Source: Auanema rhodensis (taxonomy: Eukaryota > Animalia > Nematoda). From it: a stretch of DNA of 64,000 nucleotides. The notes under the pieces were generated by a model. That model was given only the letters and a program-made list of their open reading frames with translations, did not search any database and was not told the origin of the DNA. The DNA lies in contig OZ059898.1 of assembly GCA_964057225.1 (NCBI GenBank), forward strand, positions 9,052,001-9,116,000, written 5' to 3'. The translations under genes and the position numbers were made by a program. Positions 38,733 to 51,300 of the stretch are shown here, piece after piece (position 1 is the stretch's first letter; every line of letters begins with the position of its first letter).

Positions 38733-41700
38733 ATGAATAGCCAAAGTTTTCTGGCTTTTCTTGTGAATTATTTGACACTTTATGTCAACTTTTCTAGGTA
38801 TTTATATATTTTTAATTATCTCAAACTGTTTGTATTATTTTATAGTTGTGGAGAAACACGATCAGTAAGTACTTCATGGGGTGTAGTACGAGGAGAATTG
38901 ATATCTCCAAACGCAGATGATTTACCTCCTGTTGCTCAATATCTTGGAATTCCATATGGAGTTGCTCCAAGTGGACAGGTTTCACAAATTTTTTCTTACA
39001 AAATCATAACCATGTTTTAAAAATTTTAGTTCCGTTTTAATATGGCCATATCAGCTGCCAAATGGACGCATATGCCAAAGGAAGCCAAAAAGCTTTCTCC
39101 AGTATGCTTACAAACTCAAATGCCTGAGCTTAGTGAGACAAGGTATGCATTGAACAATACACCTTAAGAAAATAATTCTGCTCTCTCCGTTATCTAAGCT
39201 CAATCCAACACCCTAAAACTTAAAAAATTGTTTGATTGCAATTGACTTTTCAACCTGAGACTCATAAGCCTTAAAATAAAGCATACCCAGACTATAATAC
39301 TGAGATAGCAGAAAGCTAAAACGAGCTAAAGAATGCAATAAGAAAACCTAATTTTTCTTTTTCTTCCCAGGGCTTTCCAAACAACTTCAGCTCAACGTTT
39401 CGACCATGTTCATAGATTATTGCCAAAATTAAAGGAGCAATCGGAAGACTGTTTATACATGAATTTATATGTTCCTGAACGTTTAGGTATAATTATAAGT
39501 TTAATTTACAAATTAAATATATATTATCAAGAAATTTCGCAACGTGATAATGCTTTACCTGTGATGGTAATTATTCATGGAGATGATTATGGCTGGAATG
39601 CCGGAAATCCATATAATGCTAGTATATTAGCTGCACATTCTCAAATAATTGTTGTAACATTGAATTACCGTCTTGGTGTTTTTGGTAAGTTGCTAATCAT
39701 TTATATTCGATGAGCACACGTATCTCGCCGCTTCAGGATTCCTAGGTCGTTGTGAATCCTCATCGTGTAGTGGAAACAGCGGAATTTCCGATCTTGTATC
39801 AGCTTTAACTATGTTGAACGTTATTCTCCCTTCATTTGGTGGAGATCCCAAAGCTGTGACCCTAATGGGATGGGGATCTGGAGCATCTCTAGTTTCTCTC
39901 CTAATGTCTTCTCCACTCACACAACCTGGACGACGCCTATTCCGCAGGGCAATTCTATTAGATGGAACAGCTTTATCACATTGGGCACTTTGCCATAATC
40001 CGCAACCATATTTCATGCAATTGGCTGAAAATTTAGGAGTACGTTATTACATTAATTTATAAGATCATTCAATAATGCTCAAAACCCAAGAGTGTTTCGT
40101 TCATATTAAAATAAAATGAAATACATATAATATTTTATTTAATTATACTTATATACATCTATTAATTCTTAGATTATCTATATAATTTCAGTGTGTATCT
40201 ATGAATCGTTCAACATCATTCAATGAAGGTGTTGATAGTATATTACGATGTATGCAAGATCATTCATCAGATAATGTTACTAAAGCTGTTCAAAAGATTA
40301 CCGTACCTTCCTTTTTATCAGCTTTTGCTCCCATTGTTGATGGACAGGTATTCATATTATTAATATTCATATGTATTAACTATTTCTTTTGTTACAGTTG
40401 ATTCCAAATAAACCACGGGTTTCATTCTCGGCACAATTTGGATCACTTTTCCGTGAAATTGATTTACTTGTTGGAATAACAACAAATCCAGCTCATCATA
40501 TGTTATCAAATGAGCACTTATTGCAAGGAATAAGCAAAGAGAACAGAGAGAAAATCTTCAGGTTTTCAAATAATTTCTAGATTTATAAATCTATTAATAG
40601 TAATATTTCAGAACATTAGTCAGAAACTTGTATGAATTTCATCGCTCCGAAATTCTGGCTGCCATAAACAATGAATATACAGACTGGAACAATCCAAGAG
40701 TAAATTTTTAATTTAATATATTTTATATGAAATTTTAATTTTAAGAATATCAGAAAAACTTTCATATAAAATTCTTTTGATAGAAAATAATATAACGATA
40801 TATCTATGTACATGAATTTATTTTTTCAATTTCAGGATCATCCAAAATCATTGAGAAATGGTGTTTTAGCTGCTCTGGGTGATGTACTGTTTACAGCCCC
40901 ATTGATAGAAACATTGAGAATGCATTCATCAGATGAGACAAGAAAAGAAGCCAATACATTCATGTAAATATATTTTAAAGAATTATTGATTAAATAAGAA
41001 AAACTATAAAGTTATTATTTCTATTTAGGTTTGTATTTGGTCATGAAACACGTAGTTGGCTAAATGAACAACCAAATAGCGGTATACGAGGATCATTGTC
41101 CGGTGATCATATTCCATATATTTTGGGATATCCATTAAATCGTGGTGATAAAGAAGAAAAAGTATTAACTATTTATTAAATATATTTTATTTTTAAACTT
41201 TTTTTTTCAGTTATATTCTGGATTTAATTCAGAAGATAAAGGAATGTCTAGAGTTATAATGCATTATGTTGGAAATTTTGTTAAATCAGGGTAAAATACA
41301 TAAAAATACAAATATTTATGAATGAATTATCTTTATCTTAGGGATCCAACTAAACCTGCGCCTATGCCACGATCATTTGCTTTGGGCGATACATTCCACT
41401 CAACTGCTTGGCCACAATTTGATGAAAAAACGAGAGAAGCATATCTTGAAATAAGTAATAATTAATATAATTAATATATGTTATTTAATTGTAATTTCAG
41501 CTGATCGTCCTAAAGTTAAAAACTATTATCGTAATGCACAAGTAGGATTTTGGACAGGATTAGTACCTCAACTGCATTTATCAGGTCAAGAAGGATCAAC
41601 TGTTCCTGAGGTTAGTAATATATGTATTTCTAATATTATTATTGTGAAATATTTCCAGGAACATCATTTTTTACCAAATCATATGAAAAGAGATACATTT

Positions 41701-43184
41701 TTTGGTAATGTAAGATCATTTTCTTCATTTCATAATGATCCATTCCCACCTCCACCAATGCCTCCATCACCACCTCCTGAAAATATTAAGAAAAGTACAA
41801 CATGTAAGCTTAATATCATTGATTATATGATTATAATTATCTGTTTTACAGCCAAACCAGCCCCTGTTCAACCAAATAATGGTGAAAATTCGAATATTCA
41901 TCAAGGAAATTACAGTACTATGTTATCAGTAACTATAGCTATTGGATGTGGTTTATTAATATTAAATATATGTATTTTCATGGGATTATATCGTCAAGTA
42001 TAGCATTTTTAGAAGTTTTATTCAAATTTAAATTCTATTTTAGTGTGATAAAACGAAGAAATCAAAGAAAAAGCTTCAATTACAATACCAAACGTATGCT
42101 TCAAATCATGCAGCTGTACCAGATCCATACAACAATTTGAATTCACCCGTGCGTTTCACTATTTTATTTTATTTTTTTTAGTGAAAATGCAAAGTTAAAC
42201 AACTTTCTACTTTCTTGAATCCTTAGTTTGCATCTGCTAACAATACTATTAACTATTTATTCATTAGATAATAACACTTTATTTCCTATTCAATACAATA
42301 ACCTATAACGTTTCCTCAGCTTCATTTTAAGTTTTCAATAATATCACTTTCAACCTTTTTTTTTGTTTTATTTTATTTTTAACACAACTTTCTAATTATT
42401 CAGTTATCGTTGATGCCCCCACCACCACCACCTTTGGTTCAACAACACTCTGGTCAAATGGCGACATCCCAACAACCATTAAACTCTCTTCATGATGAAC
42501 TATTTGATCGTTCATTATATATGACAAATCAACCCACTAATACCACTTCATCATCCTGTGTTTTACCACCTCCACAGCCAATGTCGTCATCAGTATGTGG
42601 AGGAAGTCTTCCGCGACATTCATTTCAGGAACAGGCATGTGCATGTGTTCTCAATTTCTTAATATTAAAACAAATATCAATCATGTTACTATGTTTTGAT
42701 TATAAATACAACTTAATAACATGATATTCAATTTTGCTTACAATTATCCTTTGTGCTTTTCTTTTTTTTATTTTTTTTTTGAAACTATTTGAATCAATTA
42801 GTTCAATTTTTCATATATTAGAAAGAAAGTCCTTTGTTAAATATGTCAAAGTCCGGTCTATTGTCACAAATGGCACGAGCACACTAACCGATAGTCATTT
42901 CTGTTTAGACTAAAATCTAATATTCTCTTATAGTTTTGAAATGATTACAGAAAGGATTATCAACTTGTTGCACCTAGCATGAAATATGTTATTCACCCCT
43001 TATTCTTTAGCTTCAGGAACCTTTACTGGCTGCTTCACATAAAGCTTCATCAGCTGGTATTAGAAGTGGAGTATCTCCTACATGTCCACGTCATGGTCGA
43101 GCAGCATTATCAGCCGTCCAATCATCATCAAGGGGCAATAGTCTTGTTTCAAGTCAAACACCACTCGAAGAAATACAAGTTTAG
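38733..43184 (+). CDS. nlg-1: Neuroligin, about 19 exons including a Pro-rich cassette exon
   Basis: Signal peptide; cholinesterase-like domain (YLGIPYG, EDCLYMNLYVP, TLNYRLGVFG, FGGDPKAVTLMGWGSGA with the catalytic Ser replaced); TM segment LSVTIAIGCGLLILNICIFMGLY; C-terminal PDZ-binding tail LEEIQV*. Confidence 0.97.
42635..42645 (+). promoter_or_regulatory. Tandem RBFOX (ASD-1/FOX-1) elements GCATG/TGCATG overlapping a GC splice donor
   Basis: CAG|GCATGTGCATGTG immediately after the 231-nt Pro-rich nlg-1 exon (42404-42634). Confidence 0.55.
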
Positions 43185-44024
43185 GATTTGGTTGGATTTT
43201 CTATTTTTGAAAACTTTGTTGTTTTAAATTATTTTCATTCAAAACAAATGTATTCAAGCAATTTAGTTCATAACTATGTGCCTATATGATGATGTCATCA
43301 ATAACATTATCTTGCAACTTTTTCTTTTGATATATCCAATATTTCTACTTAATTTGAGATCTACGCTTCTTATCTTTCATAATAGATATCAAGTAATTTG
43401 ATGAAAAAGTTAAAAGTATAGGCATCATTCCAATAAAATTAAATTACAAAGTCATGTAGAACCCACATTTAACTCCAGAAATTACTTTTTTCTTCCTTAT
43501 CCATCAATCAATTAACTAAATTTTGTATATATTTTGAAAAAGACAATTATCGAGAAAGGGTACAATCACATACATTTGATTTTTTTTTTCGTAATAACAA
43601 GTTTTTTGTGTCTTTAATAAGTTTTTTATTGTTTGATCTCTTTTAAATAATTTTGAAACCAAGAAACCCTTACAAAGTCTTTCTTCGTGAGTTTATAATT
43701 AACCTAGATCTTTTTATCTCTGGTACACTCAATCAAAAACAAATATGCTCTAAGTTTTACTTGTTATATTATATTCTATTCTAGCTTTAAACATTCTATT
43801 TTCAAAACTTTCATAACAATTGATTGTATGATTAATAAACACATTTTTGTTTTATTTTATTAAATGTTTTGTATGAATCAACATCTAAAATTGATATATT
43901 ATTGAAGGTCATACCTAGTATTTTGATATTATAAGATGAACTTTGAAAAATAATAAATATATTTAAACAAACTTTTAATATGAATATAGAAAATATTTTT
44001 TGAAACAAGAAAAACAATGAAAAA

Positions 44025-45711
44025 TTAATGAATAGAAGACATCATTTGATGTTGTTTCTGTCTTTGAGCCATGATCGTTCGCATGGTCTCAGTGTTGTAA
44101 TCAACATAATCATCACGAGAACAACATATAATTGACCAAATACGTCCTAGCCAGTTACTTACCTTAAATAAGTATTATTAGATAATTATAAATCAATCTA
44201 AAGTTTATAAACTATACCAAAATTCGGTAGTGTCGAACAAAAATTAAAAGTAAAAGAGGAAAATATAATGGCATTACATGAATTATCCAAAATGCTACCT
44301 AAAAATAGTTCAAAATAGTTAATTTAACATGAATCTACTAACCCATTGAGCCCATTCAAATATTTCTGATAATAGTTCATCTCCTGTTTGACTACCAGTT
44401 ACAATTACAAATTGAAAATTTGTTTCTAACAGAAGAATAAAAAGAAATGTTCTTGTGAAAATGTCGATACTTGATTGAAATAACACAAGAAGGGGTAAAC
44501 CTCTAAAATAAAATTATTATTATTAATTAAAATATTTTTATATTAAATCTACTTTTACATCGATGTATATATACATAGATGTATTCATTTTAAATTTATT
44601 TTAATCAGAAGTCCACTGATTATATAGAAATAGCAAAATATTGGTATAAAGCTGTTCGTTCTTGTTTAATTTAATTAAAAAATCTTCAAAGACTCGAACC
44701 GACTAAGTGATGACGTCATGCGAGATTCGAACACTGATGGAGTAGTGGAGCATAATGGTCGAATACAACTGATGAGACTGAATAAAAAATTCAGAAGTGA
44801 TGGACAAAGTAGTAAAAATAATCTGAAAAGTTTATATTATTTTAATTAAAACTTAAAAGTTTCAACTTATTTCTTACCTACAAAACAAAGCTATTTCAGA
44901 TGTAAAAAGAAAATTAATTGTATTAAAATCAAGTATTGTCCATGTTAATATGTAAGGAATAACAACAATGCAGAATTTTAAAAAACAGTTATCCACAAAT
45001 GGAGAATAATTCTGAAAATAGTTAGATTTAACCTCAAAATTAAATTTTTTTATGAATATACATGAAATAAATTTAAATATCTATCAAATGATATTGCAAG
45101 AAGTAATAAAGATATTATAGATAATAAGTTGTTTATCGTCTGATGTAATAGAAATGTCCATAAGCCTTGAATGAGAGGCCAGTCTTTTGATTCCATGAAA
45201 TCAATTAGAACTTCTGAATGTTTTGCCTGAATAGAGAATTTCAAAGCCAATTTGTTTATCTAAGTATATAGTTATTCTCACATCAACTGTGGAATCTGGG
45301 TCAAATATTTGTAAATAGGTAAGAATTCCAGTAAATAATAGTGACCATAGCAATAACGTCGTTAACAATGTAGCTATTAGTAATTTAACTCTTAAAAAAA
45401 ATTTTAAATTTTAAAAAAATTGATTTTTTGAAACTTCATGCTCCTTTTACGATATGGTTGACGATGTATAGAATATAGTATTGTTGAATTAATGATAACA
45501 CTTAAGCCATATATAGAAAATAGAATAATATATCCATATGATGAGAAATTTCCAAATAAATAAGATGTCAGATTCCAAGTAGTACTTAAATATATTTATT
45601 ATTTAATATAAATATAATCTAAATATACCTGTTATATTTTGTATAAGTTAATAAATAATCTGAAATCCATATAGTATCTTCCTGTATTCCATCAAATACA
45701 GATAAATTCAT
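44025..45711 (-). CDS. Divergent class A (rhodopsin-like) 7TM GPCR; one junction unresolved
   Basis: The spliced translation gives successive hydrophobic helices: TM1 GLSVIINSTILY, TM3 LLLLAISFDRYLNLF (DRY motif), TM7 WIIHVMPLYFPLLLLIFVRHYR, and a C-tail with a CC pair. The TM6 junction near 44616-44501 needs a weak or atypical splice. Confidence 0.75.
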
Positions 45712-47194
45712 TTTAGCTTTTGTTTATGATAAGTTGATAAGAATCTACAAGAATAAAATATTAATTGAAATCAATTTTTAATAAAAAAATATGTAAAATA
45801 TATAAATAGTAGTTTGATGAATGAATGACCTTATCCTCAAAGAGATTAATAAAAGGGAGGAGAGTTGGATATAATATTCAGGTCGAAAAGAGTGGTTAAG
45901 CACATGATTATCTTGTAAATGCTTGTTAATGATCTGTCAAATGAAATATCATAGTTTCAACAATGTTCTTATAACAATAGATAAAAATATATTTCTTTTC
46001 AAATATAAATATTTCATTTAATATTTCATTGATTAAAATTTTTAAAATAATATGCAATATTGTATTGAATCAGATGTTTTGATGATTTTTTTACAAACAA
46101 ACTTTTGGTATAAGGAGAAAAAATTCAAATTCATACATAAAACACAAATATAGTCAATATGGCAGTTTTGATAATTACTGTCGTTTGGCCGATTAACCAA
46201 TCCAACCCATCCAAAATCCGGATATGGCACTATTTCTGCCCTCGTATCGGATTTTCTACATGATTATACATATGCATAGTTAGACATAAACAACAATAAA
46301 ATACTACTTAGAAGTTTAATAAATATATAAAAAAGAAAAATAATTTTGAAACTGAATAGGAAAGAAAAATAAACAAATTGCGAAGATTTTGAACGATATT
46401 TCAACAAATACAATAAAACATCATCCATTTTTCAACATTTTCTTTGCTTCTTTATATGACTCATATACAATTCACCTTTACCTCTTCATTCATGTGTCTC
46501 AACCATCCAGTATTTCTCATCCTCGCTTCTCTTATTCATTTTACTAGTCTCGCTTACAATCTCATCGTTTGGACAGCCTTACACAAGTCTTCTCCAGGTT
46601 TTCCATTTTTTCTTTTCTATGTATTGCTGCTATTGAGTCAAGATCATAGCCTTGAATAGCATGAAATCTAGCTTTAGATACTGTTATAAGCCAACGCGGA
46701 AAACAGAAAACGAGAGGACGTAAAGTAAGCCAAATTGAAAAGAACGCAGTAGAAATCGAGCTAACTGACTATGTGAGAGGAATACCGGTTTTACTTCTTT
46801 TGCATGTTTCAAGAATCTCTCATACATTTCTAATTTTCTTATAAGAAGAGGTACATATACAAGATACACAAGATTCATACTATGTATAAACATATCTGCA
46901 TATAGTATATACTCATATACACATATTATCTATAATAATGATGTAATCAATATATAAATTTAATATTTTATAATTAAAAATATTTTTAATTCTATATATA
47001 TATATATATATATATATAGTTAATATTTATTATTATAACTACAATATCACAAACTAAAAACTATTTGAATACCAAAATGCGTATATTATATATAATATCA
47101 TCTCATAGAAAATTAATATTTTAAGTTATTAAATGATCATGATAAGCTCATCGAATTTCAGAAAATATTTTTTTTTCTTAAAACAAGTTAATAT

Positions 47195-48399
47195 CTAAAG
47201 TTTCTTTTCTATAACATTGACATCGTTATGCTTGATGAATGATAGCATACAGTTATACATTAGACTAACAACATTCACATAAATGACACGAACTGAATTA
47301 GGCAGAAAATAGAAGTTGAGCAGTTGAGCTGGAGGCCAGATTGCAAAGTCTACCTATAATTTCAAAAAACATTATAATCACAATTAGTGTTTTAGCTTTA
47401 CTTTCCAAATGTGCCACATTTTGTCTTGGTATTCGTAAAAAGCTCGACGATATCCATTTCCTTCAATCAAACCCGCAACTAAAATTATTTTAAATCTATT
47501 CAATTTAGTAAATTAATTGACTACTAACCAATAAAAAAAGTACAAGAAAAAACTGGAATGAATGATGTATCCCAAAATAGTTTTTTCATCACAATTTTAT
47601 TATAAGAACCACTAAATCGGCGAGAATCAAGAATACGATAGAATCCATGAAGCATTGGAGCTACAACAAGACCAACTGCAGACATTCGTACTAAAAAAAT
47701 AAAAAATTCAATTAAAACTAACTAAGACTTAATTAATTTGTATTTTCAATATTACAGCTAGATTTCAAATTTCGTTGTTTAACTTGCATCGTTTTTCAAA
47801 AATAATGAATGATTATATTGTTATATTGCATGATCTGTGAATGTTGCTTTAGTTGTATTGAATGTGAAAATTACTTAAAAAATTGTTTTTCTTTAAGCCT
47901 AAGAAGCACTGAAAAGAGAGCTTTCCTTAATTTCCCAGTGGACACATTGCATGTTCTAATCTTTCTCATTGCTTAAAAAGCTCTCTAAGAGACACATAAT
48001 GCTTCTTTGGACCTGCGTCATACTTTGATTACTTTATTTCTTTTTTTTTTTCAAAAATTTCAATATTTGTCTTTTTTTTGTCAACGTATCTTCTACAATT
48101 TAGAAAAAAATCTGATTTAAACGAACGAGGAAGAATTTTTTTTTAAATTTCAAACTCAACCTGTTCTTCTCCAATCCCATCCATTTATTTTCATATCACC
48201 GTTAATACATTGTTGCAAAACATCTGCAACTCCTATTTGAGCACAACTAGTTGCTGTATTAGTAACTAATAAATGTCGAGAAAGTAATACTTTGTATAAA
48301 TTCTGAAAAGATTTTCAAATGGAATTTAACTTGATGGAGATAATGGGTATATAGTATTCCGCAATAGATAGAGCAAAAGCTTACCCAAAGTTGTTTCAT
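47195..48399 (-). CDS. Mpv17/PMP22 family membrane protein (MPV17L2-like), 5 exons
   Basis: MKQLW|NLYKVLLSRHLLVTNTATSCAQIGVADVLQQ...WDWRRT|VRMSAVGLVVAPMLHGFYRILD...VMKKLFWD...|...|VDFAIWPPAQLLNFYFLPNSVRVIYVNVVSLMYNCMLSFIKH, all typical family motifs. Confidence 0.9.
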
Positions 48400-51300
48400 A
48401 AGAAAATGAGATTACAAGGACATTTAAATTCTATAAAAATGATTTTCAACATTGAGAGGACTTTAAAACTTGGCAGATAACCAACCTGTTCAATATATTT
48501 ATTTAAATGCAATTGATTAAAGTTGATCACGTGTCTTACGTGAATTTCTCTCGAACACCTAGCAGAAGATTATTAAGAGAGAATTCGACTGACTGAAAAA
48601 TAAATATAAAGCATAAATATAACATAGACAAGGTTCAAAATAACAATGAAAAGTAAACAACGACAGTCAGTCATTCTTTAATTAAAAATTTCGTTTTAAT
48701 ATATAGACATGTATATATACATATATGATTTATGAATATATGTTTAAGAAATGGTTAGCATTAAAATAATAAGGTGTTCGATTAACTAGGCTGAAAATCT
48801 CGAGAGCAAATCTGATGAAAAATAGGAAGAGGGTGGGACAGCTGAAAGATGAGAGACTTCTGAGTGAACCAGCAAACCAGAAGATGTAGTAGTAGAAGAG
48901 CTAAAGAAATGAATTAGCTATTTCAACCCACACCCCTTTTACCCTCCTCTCTAATGCTGTCTTTTCCCCTCAATGCTGATCTTTATAACCTTCTCTCTAT
49001 CTCCTTTCACTTTCTCCCTCTCTTTACCTCCCTACTCACTCTCTATTACTTTAAAGGGTCAGTTATGTTCTTTAAAACAGAATTGGTTCATTATTCCATA
49101 TAGACAAGACTTCTAAGTCTCTGTTCTTTTTCTTGCTAGTATTCAGAAGCTTTCTAATTTCACGACGAATACCAATGGAATTAGTTTGATGAGTGAGAAA
49201 GAATGTAGATGCGCTGATGATCATCACCATTAAGATTTAGATCAAATTCAAGTTTAAATTTAATTGAAATTGATATCAGGCTGAGAATAAAAATCTCACT
49301 AATTTCGAACTGTACTTCTTTTATGCATCATCATTTCAAAATTTAAGTTTATAGATACAAAACAATAAAGAAATTGAAGTAGCACACATGTAAACAAACT
49401 GACTACAAAACGAATATCTCAAGGTTGCGAAAAGAGTACTGATTACACTTTTTTGTCACTAATACTTTAAAAAAATACATTTAATTTATTAATTTATAAA
49501 ATATTTAAATATATAACTTCATAGATAGTATGTTATAAAACAAGAAAAAATAACAAAAAAAAAGAATCTTAGTCATTATACAAAAAATAAACATTTATGA
49601 AATGTGGATTGAAAATATAATAATTTATAAAATATATATTATCCAATATATAATATATATTTATAAATATAAAGTATATATGAAAAAAAACTTCAATTAT
49701 TAAAAATTTACTTACAATAGATTGATCATAATGAAGAAAACAATAACGAAGAAAGTAAAGCTTTTAATGCATTTGTCTTTTATCAGCTTATATAAATATT
49801 TAGTTTTTGTTTTATTAAACCAAAAACATCTTCAAATATGTTTTTCTTTTTTACTTTCTGAAGTAAAAGATTTATTATGTTTCAACATGTTACTTCAATT
49901 ATAATTTAGTTTTTTTAAGAAATGTTCATTTCTAACAGAAATGATAGTTCAATAGAACCTTGATCATTATATTAAGAATATTGTCATTTAAATCCCGAAA
50001 GTTTTAAAGAATTTTCTACTAATTCGTTGAAATTGGAAAACATTTCTACTTTTCTTTTTTCATTCTTTCTATCGTATTAGAAATTAATTAATGGATACAT
50101 TTATTACGATCCATGAATCTCGTCTTCTTGACTTTAATCAAAATGCCATATCGGACTAAACCTAATCATTTTCATTTCTTGATTTTCTCTCATATCATCC
50201 TCCTCTTAACATTTCTTCTTTTCCTCTTTTGCAATCCTTTGTGACTCTCTCTCTCTCTCTACAAATTTCTCACTTTCTTCTCAGAAGAGGTCATGTTTTG
50301 CCCTAAATGGACAAGTGATTTACTACTCAAAACCCCCAAATTCGAATGTAAACTTTATTTTGTGTAAAATTTTAGTTCCAAATATTCTTAACTAAGCTGC
50401 ATCTAGTTTATTTTTGTATTTCAATTATTCGTGTTTCTATTATTGTAAAAACTTTTTATTTCTTCAAAAAAAAATGTTAGAATTCGCTTTACGCTTTAAA
50501 CGTCGCTACAAAAAATACAGATGCTTAACACGAAATTATACAAGTCACAACCACCTGTCCGAGAAACCGGCCTTTTTACTGATCATAGTCATTGAATGTT
50601 CCGCTAGTAACACGGATGAACAAGAAAGATTCCTGTGTGTTATGACCATTGTCAAAACCCCTATCTATTGATATCCTGTGGTGTTCATAAGAAGACTATT
50701 CTTCAAGATGAATTCCATTAGTTGAACTGTGGTATTCTGCCCAAGATGTTAGCCAATATAGTAGTTTGACAATAGTATTGGAATACTGAAGTGCTTAATT
50801 TCAGCTATGATAATGCCGAATCGTTTTGTAATTGCAGTAAAAGTTTGACTATATATCTAACTAACGGGATATGAAATGTTTATATCAACTGACCTCGTTA
50901 CATGCAGACAGTCTGTTTTTGTCTTAGTTTTCTTTCCCTTTTTTTTGTATTTTTCCATTCTGAATTATGCACGTCAATCAGTATGTATTCCGAAGACAAC
51001 TAGTAGTAAACTCCATCAAATCTCAGCAACGGCCTTCAGATGCTGCGTTTCGAAGTTAGTGTCGTCTATTCTAGGGTCAAACAAGATGTACCAATTATAC
51101 TGAAAGTTCTATATCGTTTTCTAATTCAATATTCCATTACCAACAGCTTTATTTATTATTTTTTCAATCAAATTCACCTAACACTTATCTTTCAAATTCT
51201 TAACTGAAATCTTCAATATATTTATCTTTACCTCACATTCTTCAAATTTCGACCAGAAAGCAGCATTCCCATCATGATGACTGTCAGTCATGTCTTTTCT

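Noticed and set aside
39176-39313. Imperfect ~18-nt inverted repeat in nlg-1 intron 3 (possible MITE)
   Set aside because: Short and mismatched, with no target-site duplication or second copy in the window.
46213-46256. Short hairpin containing TATGGCACT (miR-183/228-like seed)
   Set aside because: The stem is too short and bulged for a pre-miRNA, and the sequence after the seed does not match.
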